From positions 2,294,001-2,358,000 of the forward strand of contig OZ234494.1 in the NCBI GenBank assembly GCA_965153455.1: a stretch of DNA of 64,000 nt. Reading direction: 5' to 3'. Under the pieces are notes generated by a model. That model had not been told where the DNA came from and did not search any database. It saw nothing but the letters and a program-made list of their open reading frames with translations. The translations under genes were made by a program, and so were the position numbers. The first letter of the stretch is position 1, and each line of letters begins with the position of its first letter. Shown here in pieces: positions 10,460-22,645 of the stretch. Origin of the DNA: Sphagnum compactum (lineage: Eukaryota).

Positions 10460-13400
10460 TTTTTTGAAATGTTGTCATTTTGATATTCTGTCATTGAAGC
10501 CAAACTTGGTCTCCAACTTTGAAGTTTGCTTGTTCCTTGGAATGTTCATAAATATTTTTTTATATTGTCAAGTTGTGCCTTTTCAAAGTTGGATACAAGT
10601 TGTGTTTGAATGTCCACCAACCACACAACCTAATATTTTATTATATGATTCATAATTTTGTTCACACCCTAGATATCAAACCTAGTGTGCAAACCATGAT
10701 TTGTAAAGAAATATGTTTCAAGTGTTATTAACAAATGCATCATGTTGTTGTAAAGAAATTCCACCATGCACAAAAGGTTTGACCAATTGTTTTGATGATA
10801 ATTGGTTATGTAATGTAAATATTGTTTTAAGATTTGATTGATCAATTTTGTTTACCCATCTATCTAGGGGTGGGAAACTAATGATAGTTTCATTTTTATG
10901 CCTAGAAGTTCAAAAAACCTCATCCAAAATTTGGATGCAAATTAGGGTCCATGATATAAAGAGGCCACGACATTAGAAAACATGATCAAAAAATAACTTG
11001 GATGGTTTTTTATTAAGTGATCCACCACCACCAAAAGGGCATTGTATGAATTGGAACACGAAAGATTATAATAAAATCCATGGAATTGAAGACCATGATG
11101 ATGTAGGGATTGACATTAACTCAATAAACACATGTGGGTGATGATCATCATTTTTTGTTCATGCGTAGATATCACACGATTCAACAAACTCCTTCACATA
11201 CTTCAAAGTTATGGCCACCAATAATCTTGAGACATTAATTCCATGGCCTTGTTGAATTGAAAATGATTAATAATCAAAAACATCATGTTTGGCTTGGAGA
11301 ATTTGAAGTCAAACATGGTCATTGAGTACATATAAAATCCCAACATGATATAATAAACCATTTTGAAACTCGAACCTATCATAATCATTCAAAAGACTTT
11401 GAATTTCATTTTGATTCTTCAATTGGCCTTTGATGCCAGTAACAAAATTGATCATTTTCCAAATTTTCATGAATCCAACAAAGAGGGGATTTGTCATTAG
11501 GAGTTACCAACAATGATTGAAATCAAAGGTGTTTAGGCTTGAGAATGACATCACATCATTGGTCATAGGCTCCATCTCCTTCTTTAGGCATGACATACAA
11601 ATGACAAGATAATGTTTTTAGTTTCCTTTATTGACACCTAAGATAGTAGATGATGAAAACTCAAAATTGAAACAATGATAATGCCCATCAAGATTGATGT
11701 CAATTCAAAACACAAACCATTATGAAATATTGAAAGTTCTTGTGGTCTAAATACACAATGATTTCATGTTGAATTCCTTTGAGCAAATGATGTCAATCCT
11801 TAAAGGCATCCGCAATGTCCAATAAACTATTTCTCATGAACTTTGTAATTGATTTCAATGGGATAAAACTTATGAAAATGAAATGAAAAGGATGAAGATC
11901 AATTTTTCCAAATTGTGAAAACATGATGCTTAATACAGAGTAAAAAATATTCATTTCCAAAACAAAAGGTTTTGAAAGGTTTGTGTGAATCAATAGTTAG
12001 GTAGTCACGAATAAGCCTTCAAAGACTGGAAGGCAATTTCAACTCCCCAAACAAAAGGTTGATCCTTTTGAGTCAAACAAATGAGAGGGGCCATTATCGT
12101 GGAATAATGTGCAATAAAATGTTGAAAGAAGTTGGTGAATATAAACAAACAATGAAAATCACAAATAAAAGCCAAGGTAGCCCAACCCACAATATTGGTT
12201 TGAACCTCATAGGGATCCATGCAAATGCTATCTTTAGAGATGATGCAACCCAATAATTCCACTTCAATTTGATGAAACTCACATTTTTTCAATTTGTTGT
12301 AAAGTGCAATTTTTTTGAACTTGTTTAAAATAAGATGTACATGATGCTCATGGTCCTCCATGTTATTTGTGAAAATGAGGATGTCGTCAATGTAAGAAAC
12401 CATGAAATCATCCAAGTACTCATGAAAAAGATTGTTCACTAAGTGTTGGGATCTACAAGTGCATTTGTAAGGTCAAAATGAATCATAACATACTCAAAAT
12501 GGTCATATCATGTTTGGAATGTTGTTTTCCATTCATTGCATTTTTTAATATGCACCAAATTGCCCCATGCACATCAATATTGTTGTACACCTTGGTGTGA
12601 TTCAATTGATTGAATAGTCTTGAGATCAAAGGTAAATGATATTGATTTTTGTTGTTAAGCTTATTCAAACCATAATAATCAACACACATTATCATAACGA
12701 TTTCTTTTTAACAAACATGATTGGGGCAAAACAAGTAACTAGGAGCCAAAAAGGGCGTTGGATGTTAGATATAATCAGTCAAAATCAAACATTTATTTTT
12801 TTATTACCATTTAAAACCACAGTAATCATGGCAAGTTAGTCCTTTTTCCGTCATATGAATGTTAAGAAACTTAAAGCAAAAATTCATTTGATCCAATTTT
12901 AAGTTTTGGTTTTAGTTTACAATGTTTGAAAATGTACACCTATTGCGTTAGATGGAGTCAATTTTGCAAAGGACTACCAAGAGGACTCATATAATCAAAC
13001 TTTTTCATTGAAAAAAATATAGATGATAAGAACATATTAGCCACTCTCAAAAAACACTCATACTTTTAAAAATGTGGAATTTTAAGACTTTAAAAACTCA
13101 AAAAAAGTTTTAAAATTCACAACAACACATCTTGGGTTTTATAACTTGTTAAAAGAAACGACTATAGTCTATTTTTTATTATAATTGTAACTATAAGTTC
13201 AAAGTTAATGACTATGTAGTTGTAAAAGACATTGTGGTGTCACATGACATTATCGTTTTGCGATCGTAGTCAATATCACGACTTGATGATTTTTACACAA
13301 ATATCAAAATTTCAAAAATGTAATTTAATGTATATTGAATCATCCAAAATTACGTAATAACGAAATTCCATTCATTCTTGCAACTTTTGGTGAATAATAA

Positions 13401-15230
13401 TAACTTAAATGGTCGTGTGATGTTGACATGGCATGTTGCATGACAATGAGGACTAATAGTTGCAACACCTCATAACTTGTGACACTAATTTCACATTATG
13501 ATTCATGTCATTGATTTAATGAATTAATCTCATTTATTGGCTAGTTGAAAATATTGTTGTCCTTTGTAATTAAAAACAACTCGGTCTTCCATGTGATGAT
13601 AACATGGCATGCCATTCAATAATGACTAACAAAAAGAAAATGTGATGCATTGGGAAACATCTAAATATTTTTTAGAACAAGTTACAAAAAAATTCATTCA
13701 AAATTTCATTTGCATGTAAAAGTTTTTTTAAAGAAAATGACATGCAGTTCTTTTCCAAAGTAATCCCTTTGGCTCCTAGTTACAAGTTTTGACCCATTAG
13801 TTGGAGATTTGGAATGTTAGATAAAGATTTTCAAGATGTTCATTGACGTATTATTGAAACACCATGAGTTCATCTTGTGACAAGTTGTAGATGGGTCCCA
13901 ATGAAGGTTGCACACCTTTTTTGAAATTAATCATGCAATCATATGATCATTGTTTTGGCAAGGTGTCAACATTATTTTTTTCAAACACATCTTTGTACTT
14001 TTTGTATTGAGGAGAGACAAGTTGATGTGACCCAACATCTGGTCTGGGAAGAACATAGATCAAGAACACATTTCCTTTCTTAATAATATGCACAAAAGCC
14101 TTGTTCCTTCAAACAACTTGAAACATTTGCATCTTCATGTAGTACCAAAGTCCTCGTTATGCTTGAAGTTTTGCATGCACCCATTTTCATGTTTGTTTTC
14201 GGTTGCACAATGTACATGATCATGATTTTTGCTAGACATTGTGGTGAAGGTTTCACATTTTGGGGCCTCATATTTTTGTGTTTCAAAGTGAAGATTTATT
14301 GTATGTTAATCCACTCATAGAGCAAGCCATAATAATCCATTTATGACAAGGTTTTTTTGAAGATGAAATGACATTGAAAACCACTTTGTTAGTGGGGATC
14401 CAATAACAACTTGCAATGCCTTGGTTTCATGTGTGACAAGTCTTAAGGAGAAACTTCATCCATTAATTTTTTCAACTGGTATTGGTGTGTGCTTTTTCAC
14501 CAAAGCCAACTTATGTTGTCATGCTAATTCTTTATTGATGCAACATGCAAATGCACTCGAATAAAAAAGTTTTGGGTCTTGATTACCATGAATTTGTTGC
14601 ATTTGACAATGATTGGTATTAAAAAAATGGTGTTGGATATGAAAATAAATGGGGAACATTTTCATCACAAGATGTTTCAAAGTTTAGTTTCATGGTCCTT
14701 ATTGAAATTGGATGTCTTTGTTTTTCAATTTCTCAAACTGTGATTTGGTAATAAAAGTGGCATGTGCTACATGTTGGCCACATTTTCTAGACATTCACAA
14801 GCAACATGACCTCATTCTTCATAATCAAACATAGATTGTTTGGATGCCATTATTGCTTCTCATGTTTTGTGTGGGGCTTGAATCGTGTTTCATCAATTTG
14901 CATGGGATCATCTTCTGGTGAAGGTGATAGTGGTTGAATTGACATGGGGGATGCAAAGTTTTTATGTATGGGGGGCAACTCCAAATACTTTTCCAAGCTA
15001 TGTTTAAAAAGTTGGTTATCACATTGGACCATTGTAGGATTTAATGCAAGTCCCATTGAACTTGTCAAGTAGGTTGGTTTGTGGTTCCTTTGCTTGGGTT
15101 TACATTGTAAAAACACACCCCAAGGATGTTAAAATTCAATTATTTTGAAGACGAGCAATGGACTCATGAAGTGCTTGATCTTTTTGTTGCGTAATTTTAA
15201 AGGCAACAATAATGTTTTCCATTGATACAA
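10460..15230 (-). mobile_element. Degenerate Ty3/gypsy (Tf2-like) gag-pol remnant
   Basis: Order gag (PMQIDETRFKP..EKQ, ~14850-15230), protease (~14300-14620), RT (GPIYNLSQDEL; MCVDYYGLNK..YHLPLI; YLDDFMVSYIDDILIF; KKCEFHQIEVELLG), RNase H (~11600-11990, VYLDHKNFQYF), integrase (GLLYH.., ALLVVVDHL). Many stops and frameshifts. Confidence 0.9.
12723..13795. mobile_element. Non-autonomous TIR DNA transposon (PIF/Harbinger-like) inserted in the gypsy RT
   Basis: About 28-bp TIR GGG(G/T)CAAAAC..GTAACTAGGAGCCAAA at both ends, apparent 3-bp TSD ATT (12720-12722, 13796-13798); RT homology resumes on both sides. Confidence 0.7.
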
Positions 15231-15281
15231 TTACCTTTTTTGTTAGCACATACATGGTTTTCAAACAAGCAGGATAATACG

Positions 15282-15400
15282 AATAACAACATCAATATAA
15301 ATAGCCAATGAGACAAGGGATCAGGATTCAATTGTCCCTGCAAAGTAGGAACTCCTATAAATCCGGAAAATAAAGTGGGTACTGCTAGTACAAGTAGAGA
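15282..15400 (-). pseudogene. ndhF: Plastid-derived ndhF-like fragment (NUPT)
   Basis: Minus strand translates LLVLAVPTLFSGFIGVPTLQGQLNPDPLSHWL, resembling the conserved C-terminal PLL.L..PTLFIGFIG.P..Q....D.LS.WL segment of plastid NdhF (from memory). Confidence 0.6.
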
Positions 15401-17322
15401 GCCCTGGTTTAGCGATTTCCATTCAACTGGACATCATTAATATAAGGCTTAATGAAAGTTTGTTTAAATTGTCCTAAACATGAAAATAATCAAGACACAA
15501 GGAATTTCAAAGGACATGAACAAAACATGATGAAAAGGTAAACCTAGTTCTAAGTTCAAAAATGAAACACAAAAATCATGGACATGAACATGAAATGTGT
15601 AAGATGTAAGTTCAAACAAAAAATTATTATGAAAATGTGAGAAAAAAAACATAACTATGGTAGAAGATTGTACCCAAAATTGGTGTTGAACAAATTAAAG
15701 GTCACATAAAGATAACTACCATATTTATACAATGTTGGAGATCCAGTTCAAGAAAAAACACTTCAAAACATCTTAAAACATTTCAAGATAACTCAAGATT
15801 TTAGGTGGTCTTACAAAAGTAATTGCAATGTAATTTTTTTTGTTATCATCTTACACATCAATTTTTTTTGGGTAAATGTTTTTATTGATTTTTTGATGTT
15901 TGTGATTAAATTTGTTAAGTTGAATACTATAGGGCTTTGGTTATGAATTTTTTAAATAATAATTTGAACCATAATTTGTTAAATAATATAAATTGTGAAG
16001 ATTTCTCACTACCTATTGAAATATTTTGATAGAAGCCAATTGAACTTATTGAATTTGGTAGCAACAAATTCCTATTTGGAAGTTTTGGATTTTGATTCTT
16101 TGGTCTACTTTGTTTTGCTTTGCAATATTTTGTTTAGAGTTTTCAATTTCAAAATCATTTAGTAGTGGATTTTTGCACATGACATCACAAATTTCCATAC
16201 CCAATTCACATGTTTTTTTTAGTGGTTATACCATTAATATTAGTTTGTTCAAGTAATGCACATAATTCAAGATAAGGATTATGCAATATCAATTATCTAC
16301 TATTTATCAAATATAGTAACTTGTCTAAAATGTAGGGTCAATATTATATTTTTTCAAAAAAAGTTGTACTTATCTACCCAAAAAACCTAAACCCTATCCA
16401 AAATGGGACAACACCTTCAATTCAAGTTCTAATTCAAATTTGAAAAAGGCCAGTTGCTTGTTTAAGTTCCAATGGTGATTCCAACAAAACTTTGTTTCTT
16501 CGGTTTGAAGACCTTAAAACTTGCTTAAATCCTAAAACTTCACCATGGTACCAATGTAGGTGTTGATTCACCAAAGGTTTACATTTTCAAAATTGAGCGG
16601 TCAAACTTTGCTACCACCTTGTCCTAGGCCCTTTATTTGGGGAAAGCCCTCACCTTGGAGGTTTACTAGACAATTACCTATATGTTGAGTCTCCTTAGGA
16701 AGGAAATAAGTGAGAGCCTCCCCTCACAATTCAACTTTTTTGCACTCAACATTAATATTACACCCATACTCCCAACCCTTACCATTGAATCATGTAGAAA
16801 GTGGTCACAAATAGTGTGAAGAATAGAAAATTCTAAGAGTCAATGAGATTGTTGAGCTTGCATTTTTTCTTTTGGGGGAAAGGAGGGTTGAGGTGTGAGG
16901 ACTTTTTGGTTCGTTCCCTTGGGAGAAGGTGAAGCAAGCAGTCACATCACTAAAGTGAAGGCAACCACTTCCACGCTACCTTGGTGAGGTGATTGCTATG
17001 TTAGTGAGCTGAGTTGTAGTTGATTGATGAAGGCAATCACCTCAATGCTTCCTCAATGAAGTTAACAGTAGTTGAACAACCCTTTTTCCCTTACTCTTTG
17101 AATCCTTGTCTTCCCCAAGCACCCATATTTTCCCCCATATTGTTTGGGCACACTTCAACTTGCACATATATAAATTGTGAAGGCCAGATGGAGAGTTGGG
17201 GCCGTCATGGCAGCCAAAGAGAAGCCAATTGGCTTCTAATTTGGGCAGCAAGGGGCCAAAGGGGGTGCTTCATGGAATCTTATGGTGGTAAGGACCCTCA
17301 ATACCCCCATTTTATCGGCCAC

Positions 17323-17580
17323 GGTGAACCAGCACCCCCATCAATGCACCATCCACTGGATGCCCTATATTACTCGGTTGTGGATGAACCTCAACTGATT
17401 TAATTATTTGATTTCACCTCGGTAAACAATTTTGTACGAAATAAAAAAGCCTCATATATAGGTGAACGAGCACCCCATCAATGCACCATCCACTGTATAC
17501 CTTATATTACTCAGTTGTGGATGAACCTCAACTGAGTTAATACTTGATTTCACCTTGGTAACCAATTTTGTATGAAATAA
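17323..17580 (+). repeat. Tandem duplication of ~120 bp
   Basis: GGTGAAC..CATCAATGCACCATCCACTG..GTTGTGGATGAACCTCAACTGA..AATTTTGTAYGAAATAA at 17323-17444 and 17461-17580. Confidence 0.9.
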
Positions 17581-19942
17581 GTCGCGTATATAGGTAGATA
17601 GATAGGAAAGTACATAACTAACTAGGTATGTGGATGGTTTAGGTAAGGGCTGTTTTTACTACCTACCTACTAACAAACCACTTGTGGGTTGTTATTAGTA
17701 GGTAGGTAGTAAAAAAAAAGGAACTGAGCTAATCACCATGGTTAGCTAGGCAACTGGAACCCAACAGAAAACAGTTTCCTGACCACTTAACCATCCATCC
17801 TTCATACTGTTACCGCACTATCTGCCTGCCTGCCTGCCTTCACAAAAGGCAAAAAGAATTAGGTGTCGGGTACTATGTAGGGGAGGGGAAAAAAAAAAAC
17901 CCCCCAAAAAAAAAAAAAGGGTTCAAAAGTGCTTTACACAGTGGGGGAATGGGGGTCCAAAGAAAGGAATTTCAGAAAAAGGGCAAAATAGTGGGTCCAG
18001 ATGGGAAACCCTTTTGCCGGGGGGGGGGGGGGGGGGGGGTTTGCACTGAGGAATCCAAATCTTCGGGGGCTCCATGTGGCCGACCCATATTGGGCGGAAT
18101 AGCCTCCCGCCAAAAAATTAAAAAAAACTACGGCGTATGTAGGGGGACGTTCCGCTGATTAGGTACCTACCTATAGGTAAGGAATCAGCGGGCAGCCCGG
18201 TTTTGAACTAAATAAATATCCCACCTGCTGTTTGTGCCAGCTGCAGTGAGTGAGTCAGTGAGGGAGTCCCCGAAATGTGGTCCCAGGAATCTTTGTTTTC
18301 TTGTCCTGCAATTCGTACCCAGTTTAGAATGATTGCCACCACTTTCACTTCGTTTTTCCAAGAACAAATTTTACTTTTTAATAGACTTAGGTAGGAAGAG
18401 AAGAAGAAGAAGAAGAAGAAGAAATGTTTGTTTCCTTTATTTATATCTGATTTTGGTACCTATTTGTGTCCTTCCCCTCTCCCCCCCCCCACTCTTTTCA
18501 ATTCCCCCAAAATAACCTTCACTATTTTATTTTTCATTTTGAACACTCTGAAATACATTGGATGTAATCAGTGTTACACTTTTAGGAATTAAAAAAATGT
18601 AGCCCAAGTGATCATACATAGGAAGATGTAGAAAAATTAATCCAATTTGGACTAGAAAAACAAAAATTCCCCAATTTCTTTGTCGAAAAATAGTGAAATT
18701 TCGCCAGAAAAGAAGACACTGCCGCTTATGTACTTGGATTTAACCCTAAAATTATGGTATATTATTATGGGTTGGATAACTGGACCCTATCCAAAACCTG
18801 CATTGATACCTGTGCCTTCTTCCCCTATACATAAATCATTGAAGTTTCCACTTGGCATGTGGAGGGTTGTGGTGATGCTGAAACATGATGTGGGGATCAT
18901 GGGCTAAGTAAGTTGCCAGGTATGGATGTCATCTTTATGTAAACCTAGCCCCTTCCCACAACAATTGAGAAGTTGGTTCTTGTGAGATGAAATAAAATAA
19001 AATTTGGGTTATTATATGGGGGACTTTAAGAGACACAACCATAGTAGAGTTGTCCCTATGTGCTATATTTGTATCCATTTGGATGGGATGCATCTTGTAA
19101 GGTTTGCTTCTTCTAGCAAGTTAATTTTTTTAGTGTAATTGACAATCAGCTATCAACAACATGAAGATGTCTGGAATGTTGAATTCAGTATTGAAGAATA
19201 GTGGTGGCAAGTAAGTACCTCTTTCTTGCCATTTTACAGACGGAATGGCATTTTGCCTTAATGACTTTCCAGGATATTCCATCCTGGAATGGGGACTCCT
19301 CCTGGGCATCTGCTGGAAGTTCCTTTAGACAAGTGCAGATCCCCTTTTTTACCAAGAGAGAGAGACAAGCCAGAGCGACAAAGAAGGGGGGAAAGTTTGT
19401 ATATGGCCCGGTTGAAATGTGGTTGGAATGCTTGCTCTTCATTGTGTTTCAAGGCGGCGTTGCAATGTTGTTGAAATCCTCTCTCATTGTGTCTTTATGT
19501 GTTTCCAACAGCCTTGACAAGAGCGAGCTTCTGGAGATTCTGAACACCTGCAATTCGGTGCAACCATTATAATTGAGTAATAATCAATCCGTGCAAAGGT
19601 GTCATGAGCAAAAACTATTGGCAAGTTTTGGGAGAACTCTAATGCCTGATTACCTGACATAACAGACACAAAATCGGCATGTTTGTAAAATTATTTTTGG
19701 AGAATATCAGTGTTGTGACAAGCCTTCCAAATGGATGAAATTGATATTATAATATATAAATAATATATATAAATAATATGTAAAATTATACACAAACATA
19801 CATATATATATAATCATTTCCTGCCATGATGTGATGAAAACTATCCCCCAAAAGTCCAAAATTTTCTGAGACTAAAAGATCTATCATGAAAACATTTTCC
19901 AACAAATTTTTTGTGTAGGATAAGGGCAGGTCCAGCCAGGAT

Positions 19943-20119
19943 CAGTGTTTTTTTTATAAGGAATTTCTGTTTGTAGCTAAAGTGGCAATCACTCATTGGA
20001 AGATGTAGAAAAAAGTGTTGACCATCCCAAGTAAGATTTAGCCAAATCGGGCTATAAGCTAGAAATAAAGTATAAAATTTTAATCATCCTTCTATATATT
20101 TGGCTACACAATGAAAACC
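19943..20119 (+). mobile_element. Partial copy of an abundant CAGTGTTT-terminus (hAT-type) MITE family
   Basis: CAGTGTTT..GTAGCTAAAGTGGCAATC..AAGATTTAGCCAAAT..GGCTA core, shared with copies near 18600, 32324, 48400-48950, 50350, 50800 and 54820-55280. Confidence 0.65.
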
Positions 20120-20492
20120 CTTTGCTCCTCACTTCAAGAATGCCAAGCTCCTCTTTGTGCATTACTAAAGCACAGGCAGAAATTTCATGAGGGCATCATG
20201 TCATAAGCAGACTCTGTCCTTCTTTAAAAGGTGGTGCATTAAAAATTAAAAATTAAAATGAAATGCCAACTCAAGTGCTTATTTTGAAAAACGCCTCTAG
20301 ACTTCTTTCTGTTATTTTGTAACACACTTTGGAAAATCTTCCAAGTGCTTTAAGTGTAGGGTAATGCCCTTAGAGCTCAGCATTTCTACAATGAGTGCCC
20401 GGCCGACCTTTATATCTAAGAATATTCCTCCACCAGAAGAGGAGGGATCTTACCCTACTCCTTAAGAATGGCAGGGAAATTATGATTACTTA

Positions 20493-20697
20493 TGTGCATT
20501 CACACTTGATGTTAAATCAATGTTAAATGTAAATCTAGGTGGCATCCTAGGTGGCACCCAATGTTAAATGGTCGATAACTTGATGTTAAGTGAATGCTAA
20601 TTTAACAAAAAATCTTCATGATAAGTAAGTTTAAGTCTTGACTAGTATGGTTAAGGGACTCAACACTAGAGTCCCTAACATCAAGTGTGAATACACC
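20493..20697. mobile_element. Tourist/PIF-like MITE
   Basis: About 21-bp TIR GTGCATTCACACTTGATGTTA ... TAACATCAAGTGTGAATACAC, 205 bp, flanked by TTA / TTT(A). Confidence 0.75.
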
Positions 20698-22645
20698 TTT
20701 ATAGGGTGTAAAGATCCATCCCACTCTTAAGAGAAGGTGTCCGAACTTTCCCCCTCCTATGCCTAGTGATCTACATTAATGGCTGGGGTGGCAGATTATG
20801 TCATTTTGTTCTTGCGTGCTTTGCCTAGCTTGCCCTAAGGGGCTCGCCTGGCATGGCACCCTACCCAACATAATGGGTAGGACTTAACCATTCCATGGTA
20901 CACATCTACTCTTTAAAGTCCTGTACACAAGGGGAGGTAGCCCTCTAGGGTCCATTTGTTCATAGTAGAATAGGCCTTCAAAATCCTTTCTGTTATGGAA
21001 GGAAGGCAGCCCTCCGGGTGCATTTGGTGTAGGGTAAAGCCCAAGGCCATGGACTTTATTGAAATAAAACCCCATGCAATGCGAAGACAAGCTCAAGCCT
21101 GTGTTTGAGGCCTTATAAAGCATAAATAAATACCTCTTCTTCTTCTTCTTCTTTTTCTTCATGATACGCAACATTGGGTATCATATTAAAAAGTTGGGGC
21201 ATTTCAGAAATGGAATGCCTTCATGGCTCAAACAAAGCAAGCACTATTTTGTTTTTTGAAACAGCCCCCACCCAAACAAAGAAGGGAAAAAATATACTGG
21301 GTAACATGCCCTTGTAATTACAATTAAAGGAATTAGAGCAAGTCTTAATGTGTAAGGGAAAGGCTCCAGGGTGGGGACATTCCCAAAATAAAGGGGGCCT
21401 AAACAAGAGGAGGAGATAAGGTGCGCCACCTTAGTGAGGCCAGGCCATCCTATTTTGTTGCAGAGTAGTTAGTTAATAATCAGGTGTTAATTGGCCAAAA
21501 ATAAAGAAAATTGATCCAAATTTGGCCATTGATCAAATTTGGGCCCATGTCAGTTGCCATAATAAGACAGGCCCCCAAATTCCCATTCTCCTTCTTTGCT
21601 GGCACAGCTAACACAACTGCCATGCTTCTCTGTACGCCACCCCCCCGGCGCTTGCTTTCCCCAATTTTCACTACCAACAACCACCCTATTTCTGGGGAAT
21701 CCATTGAATTTCTAGCCCAATTCTGGAGATTTCCCTAGAATTCCTTCAATTTAGCCAATTCTGGAGATTTGGCTTTCTTCCATTTTCGTAGATTATCGCC
21801 CCCTTTTTCTTCTTCTTCTTCGCAACGCTAATATTTCCTGCTTCACCCTGTTCTGCTCTGTTCTCTGTCTGTGTCTCTGTGCGTCTTGCTCTTCTATCTC
21901 TCTCTCTCTGTGTCTCTCTCTTTCTTCTCTTCTGACTCCGCCTGTTGTATATAGTTGTCGTAGTACCAGTTGTCGAGGAGGTGGTTGCTGCTGGTAGCTG
22001 TTTGTTGTTACAACATTTGTCTTGTTCTGTTTTCACTCTCTGTTTTCTGTTTTTTCTGTTTTTTTCTTTTTCCTGGTTTTTGTGTTAGTTTTTTTTCGCT
22101 TGGTATTTCCTTTGCTCCCTACTCTGACAAGTTTTGGTTGTCTGTATTACTATTCCGTTTTGTGGACTTATCATCAGCATCGTTACTGTTGTTGTTTATG
22201 TTGTTGTTGTGGGGGTTGTAGTACTGGCTTGTTTGTTTGCAAGGAGGTGCAGAGAGTTTAGAGCTTTGCTACGTATCTGGCGTTTTTCCAGTACACAGGG
22301 GTTTCGTTTTTGTTTGAAATTTTTTTCTTCGTTGTCTGTGTCTCTCTGTCTGTCTTTAATTTGGTTGTGTACGTGTGAGGCTTTGTGATCAGTGAAAACT
22401 GGTTTTTCTTTCATTCCGAGCTTGCGAGCTGCGGGCCGGTGGTGAATCTTCGTTGGTTGTTACAGCTTTGGTGTTGGATCTGTAGTGCGAAAGCGCAGTT
22501 CCAGGACTTCTTTTCTCCTCCCTATTGCCGAATCGTGTACTTATTATTACTGCCGTTGAGCGGGGCTAGGACCGCGTGCGGCGTGCGTTGTGAGAATTCC
22601 TGGTGAGCGCTGTGTGCGACTCGAAGATAATCTCCTCTCTAGGAG

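Noticed and set aside
19185..19669. Overlapping ORFs with coding-like composition
   Set aside because: No frame gives a recognisable family or a consistent splice model; possibly a pseudogene scrap.
20884..21174. 96-aa minus ORF
   Set aside because: Starts in a CTT microsatellite; no identifiable homology.
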